Source of the DNA: Schmidtea polychroa
Lineage: Eukaryota
DNA: 64,000 bases
Assembly: GCA_044892525.1 (NCBI GenBank)
Contig: CM097887.1
Span: forward strand, 63,364,001 to 63,428,000
Reading direction: 5' to 3'
This document shows positions 12,751-23,700 of this stretch, piece by piece. The notes under the pieces are model-generated. The model was not told the DNA's origin and made no database searches. It saw only the letters and a list, made by a program, of their open reading frames with translations. Position numbers and translations under genes: made by a program. Position 1 is the first letter of the stretch. Every line of letters starts with the position of its first letter.

Positions 12751-13815
12751 TTATTTATACATCAGCCAAAATAAACAGTGTTTACCACATGTTTGAGTCA
12801 TTGGATTTTGAAACATTGTCTTATTATATACCAAGGGTGGGCACGCATGGGTTCAATAAGAGCCATTTTCCGAAAATTTATTTTTTACAGAGCCACCATA
12901 GTTAAGTACATATTTTTTTTTATTTCATTAATTTGATTAAAGAGACTTAAACGCTATTAAAAAAAAACAAAATAATTATAAAAACTTTTCTGTCCATTCT
13001 TCTTGAAAAGTTCTATTTTCTTGTCTGTATTTTCGTTTTTTGATGTTTTCTGATGTCATTATAATAATAAATTTAAATAACTATATGGTTGAAATTTAAA
13101 CAAAATAATAAAAAGACATTAATTTAATTTTAATTAGTTTAAAATTTTAAAATGCTTCATAAAAAAACTTCTTACCAAATTTTTCATAAAACACGAATAG
13201 AAAACTATACTAAAATATACAAACGACCGCAATCTTGTACAAACAAAATAATAACCAATCAAAATTCACTAAATTTATTTTTGATGCTTCTCTCTCGTTG
13301 TTATAACAAAGCGCCGCCTACTACAAAATAATTTTAAAAAGCAGTAAAATGTGAAAAACAATGTTTCGTTAATTTTTGACATTTATGAAAATACAATTGC
13401 AACAAAAATTTTTTTCTCAAAACATTTAGTGAAAATTTTCAAAATAAAAAATCGAATTCGATTATCAAGAATTCAATTATCAATGAGCCGCAGTTTACTC
13501 AACGAAGAGCCGCACGCGGCTCTAAGAGCCGCATTTGCCCACCGTTGTTATATACAATTGGTTTACCCATTGTTTGCCTTTTTGATACTAATAAAGCAGC
13601 ATAATAAAAACCCATAGGATCAAATAAATGTATCCTGTCAGGTGTTAGATAGACTCCAATCCAATGTTCACCACCAAGATACAATGAATGAGTATTGACA
13701 ATTATGGCTTGATTTTTTCGTAAATATGGCATTTTATCTTATGGCTATACTTCAACAAACTCATTTCCTTAAAACATGTTTTCCAATTCGATTGACTTGA
13801 ATAGAACTACACCAA
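12751..13815 (-). pseudogene. Adenain-like (Polinton PRO) cysteine protease, split by a hAT insertion
   Basis: Removing 12832-13547 and one TSD gives ...DKMPYLRKNQAIIVNTHSLYLGGEHWIGVYLTPDRIHLFDPMG...MGKPIVYNKTMFQNPMTQTCGKHCLFWLMYK*, with catalytic H, D and Q...CG.HC; stops in the 5' part. Confidence 0.85.
12832..13547. mobile_element. Non-autonomous hAT element
   Basis: TIRs CAAGGGTGGGCA / TGCCCACCGTTG, subterminal GAGCCGC repeats, perfect 8-bp TSD TTATATAC. Confidence 0.92.
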
Positions 13816-13869
13816 TAAATTAAATATTAATAATAATAATATATGAACACTTACTCCATGACAAATTTT

Positions 13870-15265
13870 TAACATTACCAACTGCATTTATACTATGTTT
13901 GCACCTCATTTTCAAATACTCCTTATATTATAACATGCACAGGTTCTGCAATAGGTTTTGCAAACTTTATATCTAATAGTAAATTTTCATTTTGAGGTAA
14001 TTAATTCTGATTTAAATAAAAATCAAGTGCCAAAACAACTGTAAAATGGATATTTGGTTTTGAATTCTTCAAGAGTTATACCATAATTCAATTTTTTATT
14101 CAAATAACCTATATTTCTCACAATAATTTGCATATATTTCGCACAGTAATTATCATTATTAAAATCTTGATTGTATGTTTCTCTATAATCAGTATTTTTC
14201 GACAATGAAAGAGAAGCAACACTAAGGGGTTTGAAAATTGAGCTTGAAGCAGTGCATGATCCAATATATTGAGTTTCAGATTGAAATGTTATCAAAATAA
14301 AATTAGGCATTATTCTATGTCCAAATATTTTTTCCTTATAGAAGGAAGAAGCACCTTTGACAATTGTAAATGAAACTATTTCGTTTGTTGGATTTTTATT
14401 CGAAAGTCGGTCCTCTCTCTGACTCCTCGTGTTCTTATTCAACAAAATAAATCAAACCCAATACAGAATAATTTTGTTCAATCTTTATCACAATTATACT
14501 TTGTCACTATTTGCACCTTTCGCTTCAGATAATTTTCCACTCGATAAGGTACGAGTTTTACCTTTTTTGAACAACTATATTTCTTCTTTAGATTACTGAT
14601 CGCCGGATTTTTGCTTCTCTTCTTTCTTTTTCTCTTCGACAAAATGGCGGCTTGCTCATTTCTGAGCTCTCTTTTTATACTGTTTCTGAGAAGGCAATTA
14701 TCTAGAAAATTCCCTCTCTTAATCTTGCTCGGGTCTCACTGCGCATTGGGTTTCCTTCAGCTGTCAGGTTTCCCATGAACTCAGGCTTTCCATTACTGAT
14801 TAATTAATTTTAATTAATTTGTTCTTTCGTATTAACTTTCTTTGTGAATACCTTATTAAATTTTCGTTATAATTTCTGAGCTTATCTATAAAATTGGCGT
14901 TCAACCATACTCGATACCCCAGTTCAATATTGATTTTTAATTTTTAGTAAATTTTAATTTATTTTGCACTTTTATTGATTTTATCCATTTTTGTTATGCT
15001 TTTCTTTTATATATGATTTTTTGGTTTTGTAAGGGATAGATTGCAACCTTAGAATTAAGACCCAACTGATGACCTGTTAATACCAACGGATCAACTCAAA
15101 TTCTTCTTACTAGTAATTTTGCATCAATTACTTAACATACTGGTTGACTAGTAGCACTAGTTAATGATAATGCAAAATCAGATCTTTTAACCTAATGTGC
15201 ACTGACTCCTGGAAGTAAATATTTCGGTTGACCCAGAAAGTCTAGTTGTAATGATGAACACATGG
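13870..15265 (-). pseudogene. Polinton major capsid protein (double jelly-roll), C-terminal part, interrupted by an LTR
   Basis: LQLDFLGQPKYLLPGV/RLKRSDFAL...AKLLVRRI.VDP.V..GH..GL...AIYPL [LTR] EIVSFTIVKG...MPNFILI...GITLEEFK.../LDIKFAKPIAEPVHVII.GVFENEV, collinear with Maverick MCP. Confidence 0.8.
14386..15026 (-). mobile_element. Solo LTR, family A (5'-truncated), inserted in the capsid gene
   Basis: TGTTGGA terminus and CTCTGACTCCTCGTGTTCTTATT motif; capsid frame resumes on both sides (YPLQ|NEIVSF), with AACC/AACG at the junctions. Confidence 0.8.
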
Positions 15266-15279
15266 TGAAAATCATTGAG

Positions 15280-15620
15280 CCTTTAATCCATATCAAGTTA
15301 ATCATTAAAATAATATATACCTCTACAGACCATTGAAAATAATTTTCAAAGTCTGAGCCCGATTTCTCTAAAATATGTTTCATACCTATGAAACATAAAA
15401 TAATTCGCGTCCATGTAATTTCATCATCAAATAATGTATAAAATATTTCTTCGAATAGTTTCCTCTTTTGTTGGATTGCCTATCAATTGATAATAATAAG
15501 GTTATCTTCAACGATTTTTCTGAGTGATTAACAAGGAATTTCATTATTAATCACATCGTCACTTTCTTTGTTACAGGCAAGACCATTTAACAGGTCAATA
15601 ATAAATGTTGTTTGTGTCAT
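15280..15620 (-). pseudogene. Bcl-2-like (BH1-containing) ORF remnant in the Maverick
   Basis: In frame from ATG 15620 with three stops: ...SLRKIVED...KRKLFEEIFYTLFDDEITWTRIILCFIGMKHILEK...; LFDDEITWTRIILCF resembles BH1 LFxDGINWGRIVALF. Confidence 0.5.
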
Positions 15621-16950
15621 TTATAAATAATTGTTGAAATGTTGGTCTATTTATATCATTGCTGTTGAGATGTATTATTAATAAAAGAATATGATTGGTT
15701 AAGCAAAAAAGAAAAATGAATTTTAATAATATTCAAACTAAACCTCCAGCCTTTTTGGGTAGGCTGACTGGTATGCTGATGATTTTAATCTTTGTATTTT
15801 AAATAAATGTACATCAACAAATTTCGTGGTGAAATGTTGATATAAAAAATTTTGTAATAAAGTTGAGAAATTTAGTTTAGACTTTAAAATTTTTAAAAGA
15901 TTTTTGAATTGGGAAATATGTTTTTGGGACGTTTTAAAATTTGAGGACATTTTTTGAGTTGCGAAATTTATTTATTTATTATATAAAAAATGTTATATTA
16001 TGGTGTGACCTATATTTTAATTTAGAGAATTCGGAGCTCATTTCCATGGAAACTAAGCATTTATTGTATATACACTCCACATATATTCGTAACCTACATA
16101 GAATTTTACATAGATATTTTCCCAGGGGAGGGGGCTTGGTCCAGCGGTGACACTTTCATCTACTAACAATCCTTTCCTTCATGTCTACACCAAAGCGCAT
16201 TTGATTATCATAAATGAGACATTCATTTAGCTTTGTTTTGGATTTTAGTTAATTTTAAGATTTTTTTTAAAATAATGAACAAAGAAGTAAGATATTTATT
16301 TATTTATTATAATATATATTAAATTTTTCATAGTTCACCTAAAATATCAAGTATTTAGGAAAGAACCTTTAATATGATTATTAATATGATTTTTGAAATT
16401 ATTATGATCTGGTTTTCGAAGTTCCTCGTTAACTGCTTTGGATATTGCAGTAAATCATTCATTGAAGGTAAATCTGTCTGGAAAATCCATCAACCGAGGA
16501 AACTTTAGTCATTTCCCCATTTTTAATTTTGCTCAACACTTTCGATGTGGTTCAAAAATGGATTATATGGCAACTTTTCTATTTGAATAGTCAATGAAGA
16601 TATATTATTGTAAATGGATTAGCTCATCTTTGAAAATTGAGACCTCGATTTGTTGGTATATAGTTATAAATTCTATTGTCTACTCGTGATCTACCGAAGC
16701 TCTTGTTCGTCTATCTATTGAAGAGCATTCATCTATGAATTTCTTGAAATGAAATAGTCGATTCTGATGAAGTTTCTGACATATTCTTGTATATTTTTTT
16801 ATAATTAATTAATTTTAAATGGAAAAGTTTTAGCTAATTGAATGTCCGCATGATAAATCAATGTCCTATAGTGTGTATTTTTTATTATAGAACCGTGTTT
16901 GTATGTATTTAGTTATTTTTCTTCCAACAGCGATTTTTTCTATCTTTCTA

Positions 16951-17907
16951 CACCTAATTCCGAAATTTAATAACTTCTATAATCTAAAAAAAATCAATAA
17001 ATATATATTATAGGAACACACAAACTTACCTGTGTGTAGAAATTTATCATTCCGGAATTTAGTAACTTTATTATAGGTTTTGTGAAGGTGAGAAAAAAAT
17101 AACTCAACACACCAACACAAAACACATAATGAAAAATACATGTAAAATTCTTATATAGGTTTTTGTTCTGAATCAAATAACTGTTAACATATTGTTAACA
17201 TATTGTTAAAATATAATTATTTTAAAATTATTAAAAAATGCAAGAAAATACTTTTAATTTAGATTCCGACAGCTCTATCTTGAGCTTTAGGGAAAAAGAA
17301 GAAAATACAATGTAAGTTTTATTCATTAAATTACAAAACATTAAAATATTTTATAGTATGTGTGAAGGCAGCATTTCAAATATTGAAGGTCCTTCGAGAT
17401 CTTTTGATTTACAGAAAGAAAAAAAGCCATCGAAAATGAGCTGCAGAAAGAAGATTAAAAAAATTTAAAAAACTATTTCGTTCATGTCCGCCGATTTTTC
17501 CCTAAATGTCTTAAAAAAATAAATGTGTTTGGTGATTAATTTTATTTATTTATAAATATAAAAATATCTAACTTACATTTTAGCGAAATAATTCCATATT
17601 AATGCATAAAATATCATAAATTTCCTAAAAACACCTGAAATTTAATTATTTATATATTATATTATAAATGATGACTAACAGTAATATTTAAGAACTTGAA
17701 TAATGATCTCATAATTATATAAGATCAAAATTCAAGTCTTAAAATATACTTGAAATTAAAAAAATTACCTGAAAACCATTTTTGTTGCTAATAAATTATA
17801 GAATAAATGAAATTGATTAACTTCATTTTCACGTAAATGGTGACTCACCTCAACTGGTGTGCACACCAACGTGAATTATAGAGGTTACTCAATTTCGGAA
17901 TTGGGTG
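16951..17907 (+). mobile_element. Complete 957-bp non-autonomous DNA transposon with CAC...GTG termini and TA TSD (superfamily unresolved: CMC-like or Tc1/mariner)
   Basis: TIRs CACCTAATTCCGAAATTTAATAACTTCTATAAT and the reverse complement of CACCCAATTCCGAAATTGAGTAACCTCTATAAT; TA on both sides; near-identical inverted copy at 43704-44447; carries spliced ORF join(17238..17311,17357..~17468). Confidence 0.85.
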
Positions 17908-19022
17908 TATAGTGTAAGAGCTAATTTAATATCACTTAGCTAATTCAATGTCCCTTCTGGCTATGACACACATATATTTATTATAAGTTAATATTTATAT
18001 TATTAAATATGCAAATCAATGGCCATTTGATGATAATCAAATGCCGGTTGGTGTATCCATGGCTTTGGCATGAAGGGAATGAATGTGATCCGTTCACAGA
18101 AGTTAATTTTTTGAATTTAGGTTTCCTTTACCTTTAGGATTTCTAGATTTTTGAATGGTAATTTTTATTATTTTTATGAATCCAATAATTCATCAATTTT
18201 TAACGACAATTTTAAATCCTCATTAGGAATTTCACATTGAATCCAAAACTCTGAAAATTTAATTCTAGTTCATCAAACTACGAATTATTAATTATGCTTT
18301 TTTTGATAGTCAATATTTTTTTTAAAAAGAAAATAAATAATGCTTAAATCGCTGAATTTGTAATATATTAAAAAAAATTCATGTGAGTTAATAAAGTTAA
18401 ATGTCATTTAACTTGATAATGACTAGCTGGCTGGAACTCATTAGTTGGAGCAACGTTATATTGGATTGATCCTTTTTATCAAGTGCTCCAATCGACTGAA
18501 TCGCTAACGCATCATTTGCAAATATGATTCCAACATGAAAAAATGAGCAGCCCCAGTAAAATTTATCAGTAGATTTTTTCATTGATTTAAAGAAGCATGA
18601 TGACACCGGATATTTGTCGATTTTCATTGTCAACTCGGCATTCCAGTTAGAATTCACGGTAAACTAAAATAAAAAGAATTCTACAAGTGATATGGATTAA
18701 AGCATTGATAAGCAACTTGTGTAAACTAACGGAAAAATTAATAAAAAATCCAAAATTTGGAAGAGTAAACCATTCTAAACGAAGAAATTTTTCTTAATTA
18801 AAATCAGTGGTTTGCTTCAGAAGGAGCCTATAGATTTGTGGTTAAAATTCAACATTGGAAAGTGTATTAATTTAATGTATTTAAACAATTGTAAAATTGA
18901 TTCTTTTCAACGGTTTGTATTTTTTTGGTTTGAATTCAAAGGGGCATTTTTTCGACCTTTACTCAGTTGCCAGCACGTTGAAATTTATTGAAATAGTGTC
19001 ACAAAATGTTGGTGGTATAGGG

Positions 19023-19318
19023 CAGTGGTTCTCAATTAAAATAAGAGCGTGGAACACCATTCACATGATTTTTTTTACGCGGAACACTGACAACAAAATA
19101 CTTGCCCACAATGAGTAACCAATCACAAATTATTAGAAATCTGTCGTAAACGTAAACAATACCTTCTTATAAGCAAAGAAAATACCACGCGCAACAATAA
19201 CAAGCAATAAAAACACTTATATTTGGATGTTTATATATCTGTGTAACGGCTTTCATATTGAATCATCTTATAAAAAAATTAATTGAGGTTTTCGCGGAAC
19301 ACGGGTTGAGAACTACTG
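19023..19318. mobile_element. hAT (Charlie-like) MITE
   Basis: TIRs CAGTGGTTCTCAA / TTGAGAACTACTG; TSD GTATAGGG/GTATACAG (6/8). Confidence 0.8.
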
Positions 19319-19648
19319 GTATACAGGGCTATATTTCAGGATTGTACATAGCCGTTCACAACTCAAATTTTTAATCATTTTTTGATTTAAAAATAATATA
19401 TAACACCAATTTATCCTTGGATACAAATTTTCTCTCATTGATACAAATTTTTCTAAAAATTAATAAATATAAAATGTCAGATGAGTTGTAAAAACTGATT
19501 TTTATAATTTATTTTGACCTTTAATAAATTAGTGACTTAAGATAATGTAAAGTTAAATGTTTTCAATGTATAAATAACATTTGTGATTTACCCGTGAATT
19601 TATTTATTATTAAACAAGGCTTTGAAAAATATATAAAATCTTAGTTAA

Positions 19649-21860
19649 CCCTTTCACTGTTTTTGACGTAAATATGCGTAAAAAATCAGAAATAATATTT
19701 CCATAATGTCAAAAAGAATAGTGAATAGAAGTGAATCATGCTCTTCTAAAAAGAAAACTTGTTCAAGATTCGAAGAAGAGTGGCTTAACAAAACGGTTGA
19801 AACTGGTGTATTGTCATCATTTAACAAGCAGACGATAAAACTTGGATATATTTTCATGTGCTGGCGCTGTTATTTGCACTATTTGCTCAAACGCAAATGC
19901 TGCAGGAGATTTGAGCTCGGGAAAGAAATGGTAGGAATAGAAACTTGATTACTTAAAGCGGCATCTCAACCAAAAATTACATACCGAATCAGTTACAAAG
20001 CTGAGGAATCAGAAGAGTGGTGAATTTTGTGAATGCTACAGGAGAGTACGGTATATCGTAGCGTTCTATTAGAGATGGAAGAGAGAAAGCGTTTGACTTC
20101 AGATTTGGTAAAAGTGCTAATTGATAACGTTTTTCTTGCTATTAAACTGAATGCATCTATGCTTTCGGTACTGTATATTCATGAGCATATTGCCAAATAT
20201 GTTAAAATTCCAGAAAGTTAGCGCAGCAAAAACTATGCATTTGAATTTGTTGAGTGTACACGCTTTGTCTTAAAAACTCAGCTTATGACTGAATTGCGAA
20301 AATCTGCATTCCATACGTTGATAATAGATCAAAGTACCAATATTTCAGTTCAGAAAATGCTGATAGTTTCTTTCAAGTATCGACATGAGGCAGACATTGT
20401 TTGCAGGATAATATTCGGCGGTATTGTGAAGCTGTCCTCGTTTGATAGCGTCTTTTTTGTGACGGCAATAAAACAATTATATTATGAGAATGATCTTGAT
20501 TTGCAGAAGATGGTAATGTTACATCAGATGGCGCATCTGTCATGCTAGGGAAAAATAATGGAGTGCAGTAATTCTGAGGCGTAATATACATCATTTGTCT
20601 GAGCAACATTGCGTTGCACATCGAGAAGACTTAGCTATTGATGATGCTTGGAAGCAAGTTTCATTGATGCATGATATTGAAACGTTACTTAGAACCGTTT
20701 ATACAATGTTCAGCAGGTCATCGGTTAAAAATGAGAAGTTCCGGGAATTGCCCAATGCCGCAGAAAGTGATGCCGTGGCATTTGTCCTTTGCATGAAGTG
20801 AGATGGTTATCTAGGGATTTAGCAGTTGCCGCATTAGTGCGAAACTACAACATTTTGATTGACTAATACACTGAACAGGTAAATATGAGCAATGATCCAA
20901 TCAATAAGTACTGTTTGAAGAGACTTCTTAATCCGCAGTTTCGACTGGCTTTGACAGTATTAAATGATATTTTGGGTGAACTGGCATCAATATACAAATA
21001 CCTTCAACGAAGGTTTTTGAGAACTATTGAAGCATTTCAGTTTGTAAAGGCCAAAATATGTAAAATAAGATCGCAGTATCTTGGAGAAACAGTTTATTGG
21101 ATTAACGCAGTGAAGGAAGTTCTTAATTGAATTGAAATTCTTAGATTTGTTGCACTGTTGTGTAACCACCTTGAGAACAGATTTCCAGATGATGAATTGA
21201 TGGATTGGCAAGCATTTGACCATTGCACCATTGCAAAAGGGCCAAGTTTCGAATTTAGCAAAGACAGTTTGAACAAGGTTTTTGGGTGTTAGCCTAATTA
21301 CTAGGGAGGTCTAAAAACTTAGAAGAAGTTTAGAAAATGTGGTTTTATTTTCAAAATTTGAATGACTGGTGTTATCAAAGATTACAAAAATTGCATGGGT
21401 TGAGTTGATTTAATGGATCAGATGACCAATTACAATGGAATTTCATTTACTAAAATATAATATTTTCTAATAGGTGTAATTTATAAAAGGTTGAGTCCAT
21501 CTTTACATAAAAAGCTTAAGAGATAATTTAGAAAAAAACCCTCGAATGTTTCCAATTCTCAAATTTCTAATACTAATAATTTTTCGAACTAGGCATATAT
21601 GGTCATTAAACATTATCCCATTCAGATTTCTAAAGAATCAAAATATCGTTATTGTAAAGATAATGAAAGAAGAAAAGACATTACTAGTACTTTTTCGGAA
21701 TGTCAGATTCCGCTTTGTATATTTGGTTGTTTAAAAAAAGCATAATAATATTTAAAAAATTTTAAAATTTTCACATTTAACAGGATTTTAATTATAAAAT
21801 ATTTAGAATTTTAAGTCGTTTATTTTAGACCATATTTTTTTCAATAAATCAGTGAAAGGG
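19649..21860 (+). mobile_element. piggyBac-type element whose interior is mostly a hAT transposase
   Basis: TTAA-CCCTTTCACTG ... CAGTGAAAGGG-TTAA. piggyBac transposase C-terminal remnants at 21371-21745: VIKDYKNCMG*VDLMDQM and HYPIQ...YC...ECQIPLCIFGCLKKH. Confidence 0.8.
19706..21290 (+). pseudogene. Degenerate hAT transposase of the ZNF862/C17orf113-like type, lacking the dimerisation domain
   Basis: IIDQSTNISVQK, TSDGASVMLGKNNG, HCVAHRE and LHEVRWLSR motifs across several frameshifted ORFs (19706, 20033, 20285, 20595, 20885). Confidence 0.88.
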
Positions 21861-22799
21861 TTAAAATATAATTTGCTTTTCCTAAAAAGTGATATTATTA
21901 GTCATCTAATATATTTTTAAAAATTTAAATCAAACAAAACTTACAGTAGCCATTACCATGTAGGTTCCATTTTCTTTGAAAATAATGTCTGTTCGATTTA
22001 TATATTCAAAGCTTGTATTACCAATTTCTTTTCTCCATCCCTGGAATGAGTCCTCCGCGCGAACTAAAAATGAAATATTAAAGACAATTTAAAGCCTTCG
22101 ACTATTTCTATTTTATGTCCGACATCATATTTATAACTATAAACCTAAAATTCGTTGGAAATGTAGAAAACATCAAAGGTTTAACCAATATTTGTAAAAA
22201 TGTATTTATAAGGGAATTGTGTTTGTGTTTGTTCAATTTGATAAAGTGAGGAAGTGGATCCACTTTTCGATGGTTTAAGTCCAGACTTCGATGATATTGA
22301 TATAGACGATGTTTTTCTTTCTGATTGAGATATTGTTATTTTAATATCTTTTTCAAAAACTACTTTTAATGTGTGAAAACTTGTTATAGTTTTCATTTTA
22401 ATTAGCATGTTGAAAACTTGTTATAGTTTTCAGTTTTTAAATATTATTTCCATGTCAAATTTTTTATATTGTAAATTTTTCGAACTTAATAATAATAAAA
22501 ATTTTTGAAAATAACACAGTGTTTAAATATGGAAATAATATTATTGGTCAATCCTGACGTTAATTCGCGTCTGTGTGCGCGTTGGATTCGGAGATGGTGT
22601 TTGTTTTTTGTATGCGCACACAGACGCGATCAGTGTAATTTGGAGATTGTTGATTTCGAATTTTTTGTGATTGATTTGATATTTTTAGCTGAAAATATTT
22701 TTGGACTTTTTATCAGTTTGTTCAAATTTTGGATTTTTTATCAGTTGTTTTAATATTGTGAGTTTCGGTAAAGTTTGAAAATAATAATTTGGTGTTAGT

Positions 22800-23115
22800 T
22801 TTTATTAGTACAGTAAAACCTCGATAATACGAAATATTGTGATCTCAGAATTAGGTTCTAATTATCAAGGTTCGTATCAAAAAGCCCTTTGAAAAACCTT
22901 TAAAATGAGTCCTCGTTCAATAAAATACATGGTCTCAAAAACTTAATTTTAAAAATATGACCTTGAAAATTTGTTGAGCCAGCGGAGTCCAGGATTCAAA
23001 CATGAGCCGTCAAATGAACTTGAATGAGTCATTGTCTTTGTTTAAAATGTACTTTTAAAAAGTTTTAAAACATTTTTTCCGGCTGGGGTGCCCAGCGGTG
23101 CCCAATCCATCTACT
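22800..23115. mobile_element. Second Maverick-like terminus (left boundary approximate)
   Basis: TTTTCC..GGGG..CCAGCGGTG.C...CATCTACT closely parallels the end at 16120-16164. Confidence 0.5.
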
Positions 23116-23229
23116 ACCTTAAATAAACTTAATCCAATCCGATGGTTGGGACGACAGCTATCATCAAAGTACGATATACCGATATCATTAGGTCTTTAAC
23201 TTAAATTATATTAACACAAAAAAAGATAC

Positions 23230-23700
23230 AAATGATGCTCAAAATATTAAAAATAAAATTGAAAATTTTGAATTTATTTTTATAACTGTGTTCATGCAAA
23301 ACATATTAACAGAGGTAAATTTTGATTCAAAAGTTTTACAAAAAAATTATATAGATTTAAATAAAGCAAAAGGAATTTTAAATCGTGTATACAACAATAT
23401 AATTAAAATTATATCTATTTATAATGAAATTAAAAATGAAGCAATAGAGGAATAAGACCTAATTTTGAGGAAAAAAGACAACCAAAAACAAAAAATTATT
23501 ATGATGAGCTAGCCACAGACCATAGATTCGAAACAAGAAAAGATCTTAAAAAGATTTTAAAATTCAAGTTTATAATTTTGTAATTGACATTGTCATGAAT
23601 CGAATAAAAAGAAGGTTTGAAGGTATGGATAATGTTGTGAACTATTTTGGTTTTTAGAACCCAAAGAATTGGTTAAACTTGTCAACAAAAGAAATAAGTT
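23230..23700 (+). pseudogene. hAT (ZMYM1/Tip100-like) transposase central fragment
   Basis: DAQNIKNKIENFEFIF...NILTEVN..SKVLQK..IDL...KRQPKTKNYYDE...YNFVIDIVMNRIKRRFEGM...FGFLEP. Confidence 0.75.

Larger units (their letters stand above)
12200..16164 (-). mobile_element. Internally deleted Maverick/Polinton remnant (TIR remnant - protease - capsid - Bcl-2-like - TIR)
   Basis: 12200-12375 is an inverted, diverged match to 15720-16075 (e.g. GTTTCCATAGAAATGAGCTCCG...TCTCTAAATTAAAA.ATAGGTCAC). The right end is CATCTACT (AGTAGATG on the minus strand). It encloses protease and capsid pseudogenes. Confidence 0.75.

Noticed and set aside
14386-14445. N-terminus MLNKNTRSQREDRL of ORF 14023-14445
   Set aside because: Read-in from the inserted LTR, not part of the capsid protein.
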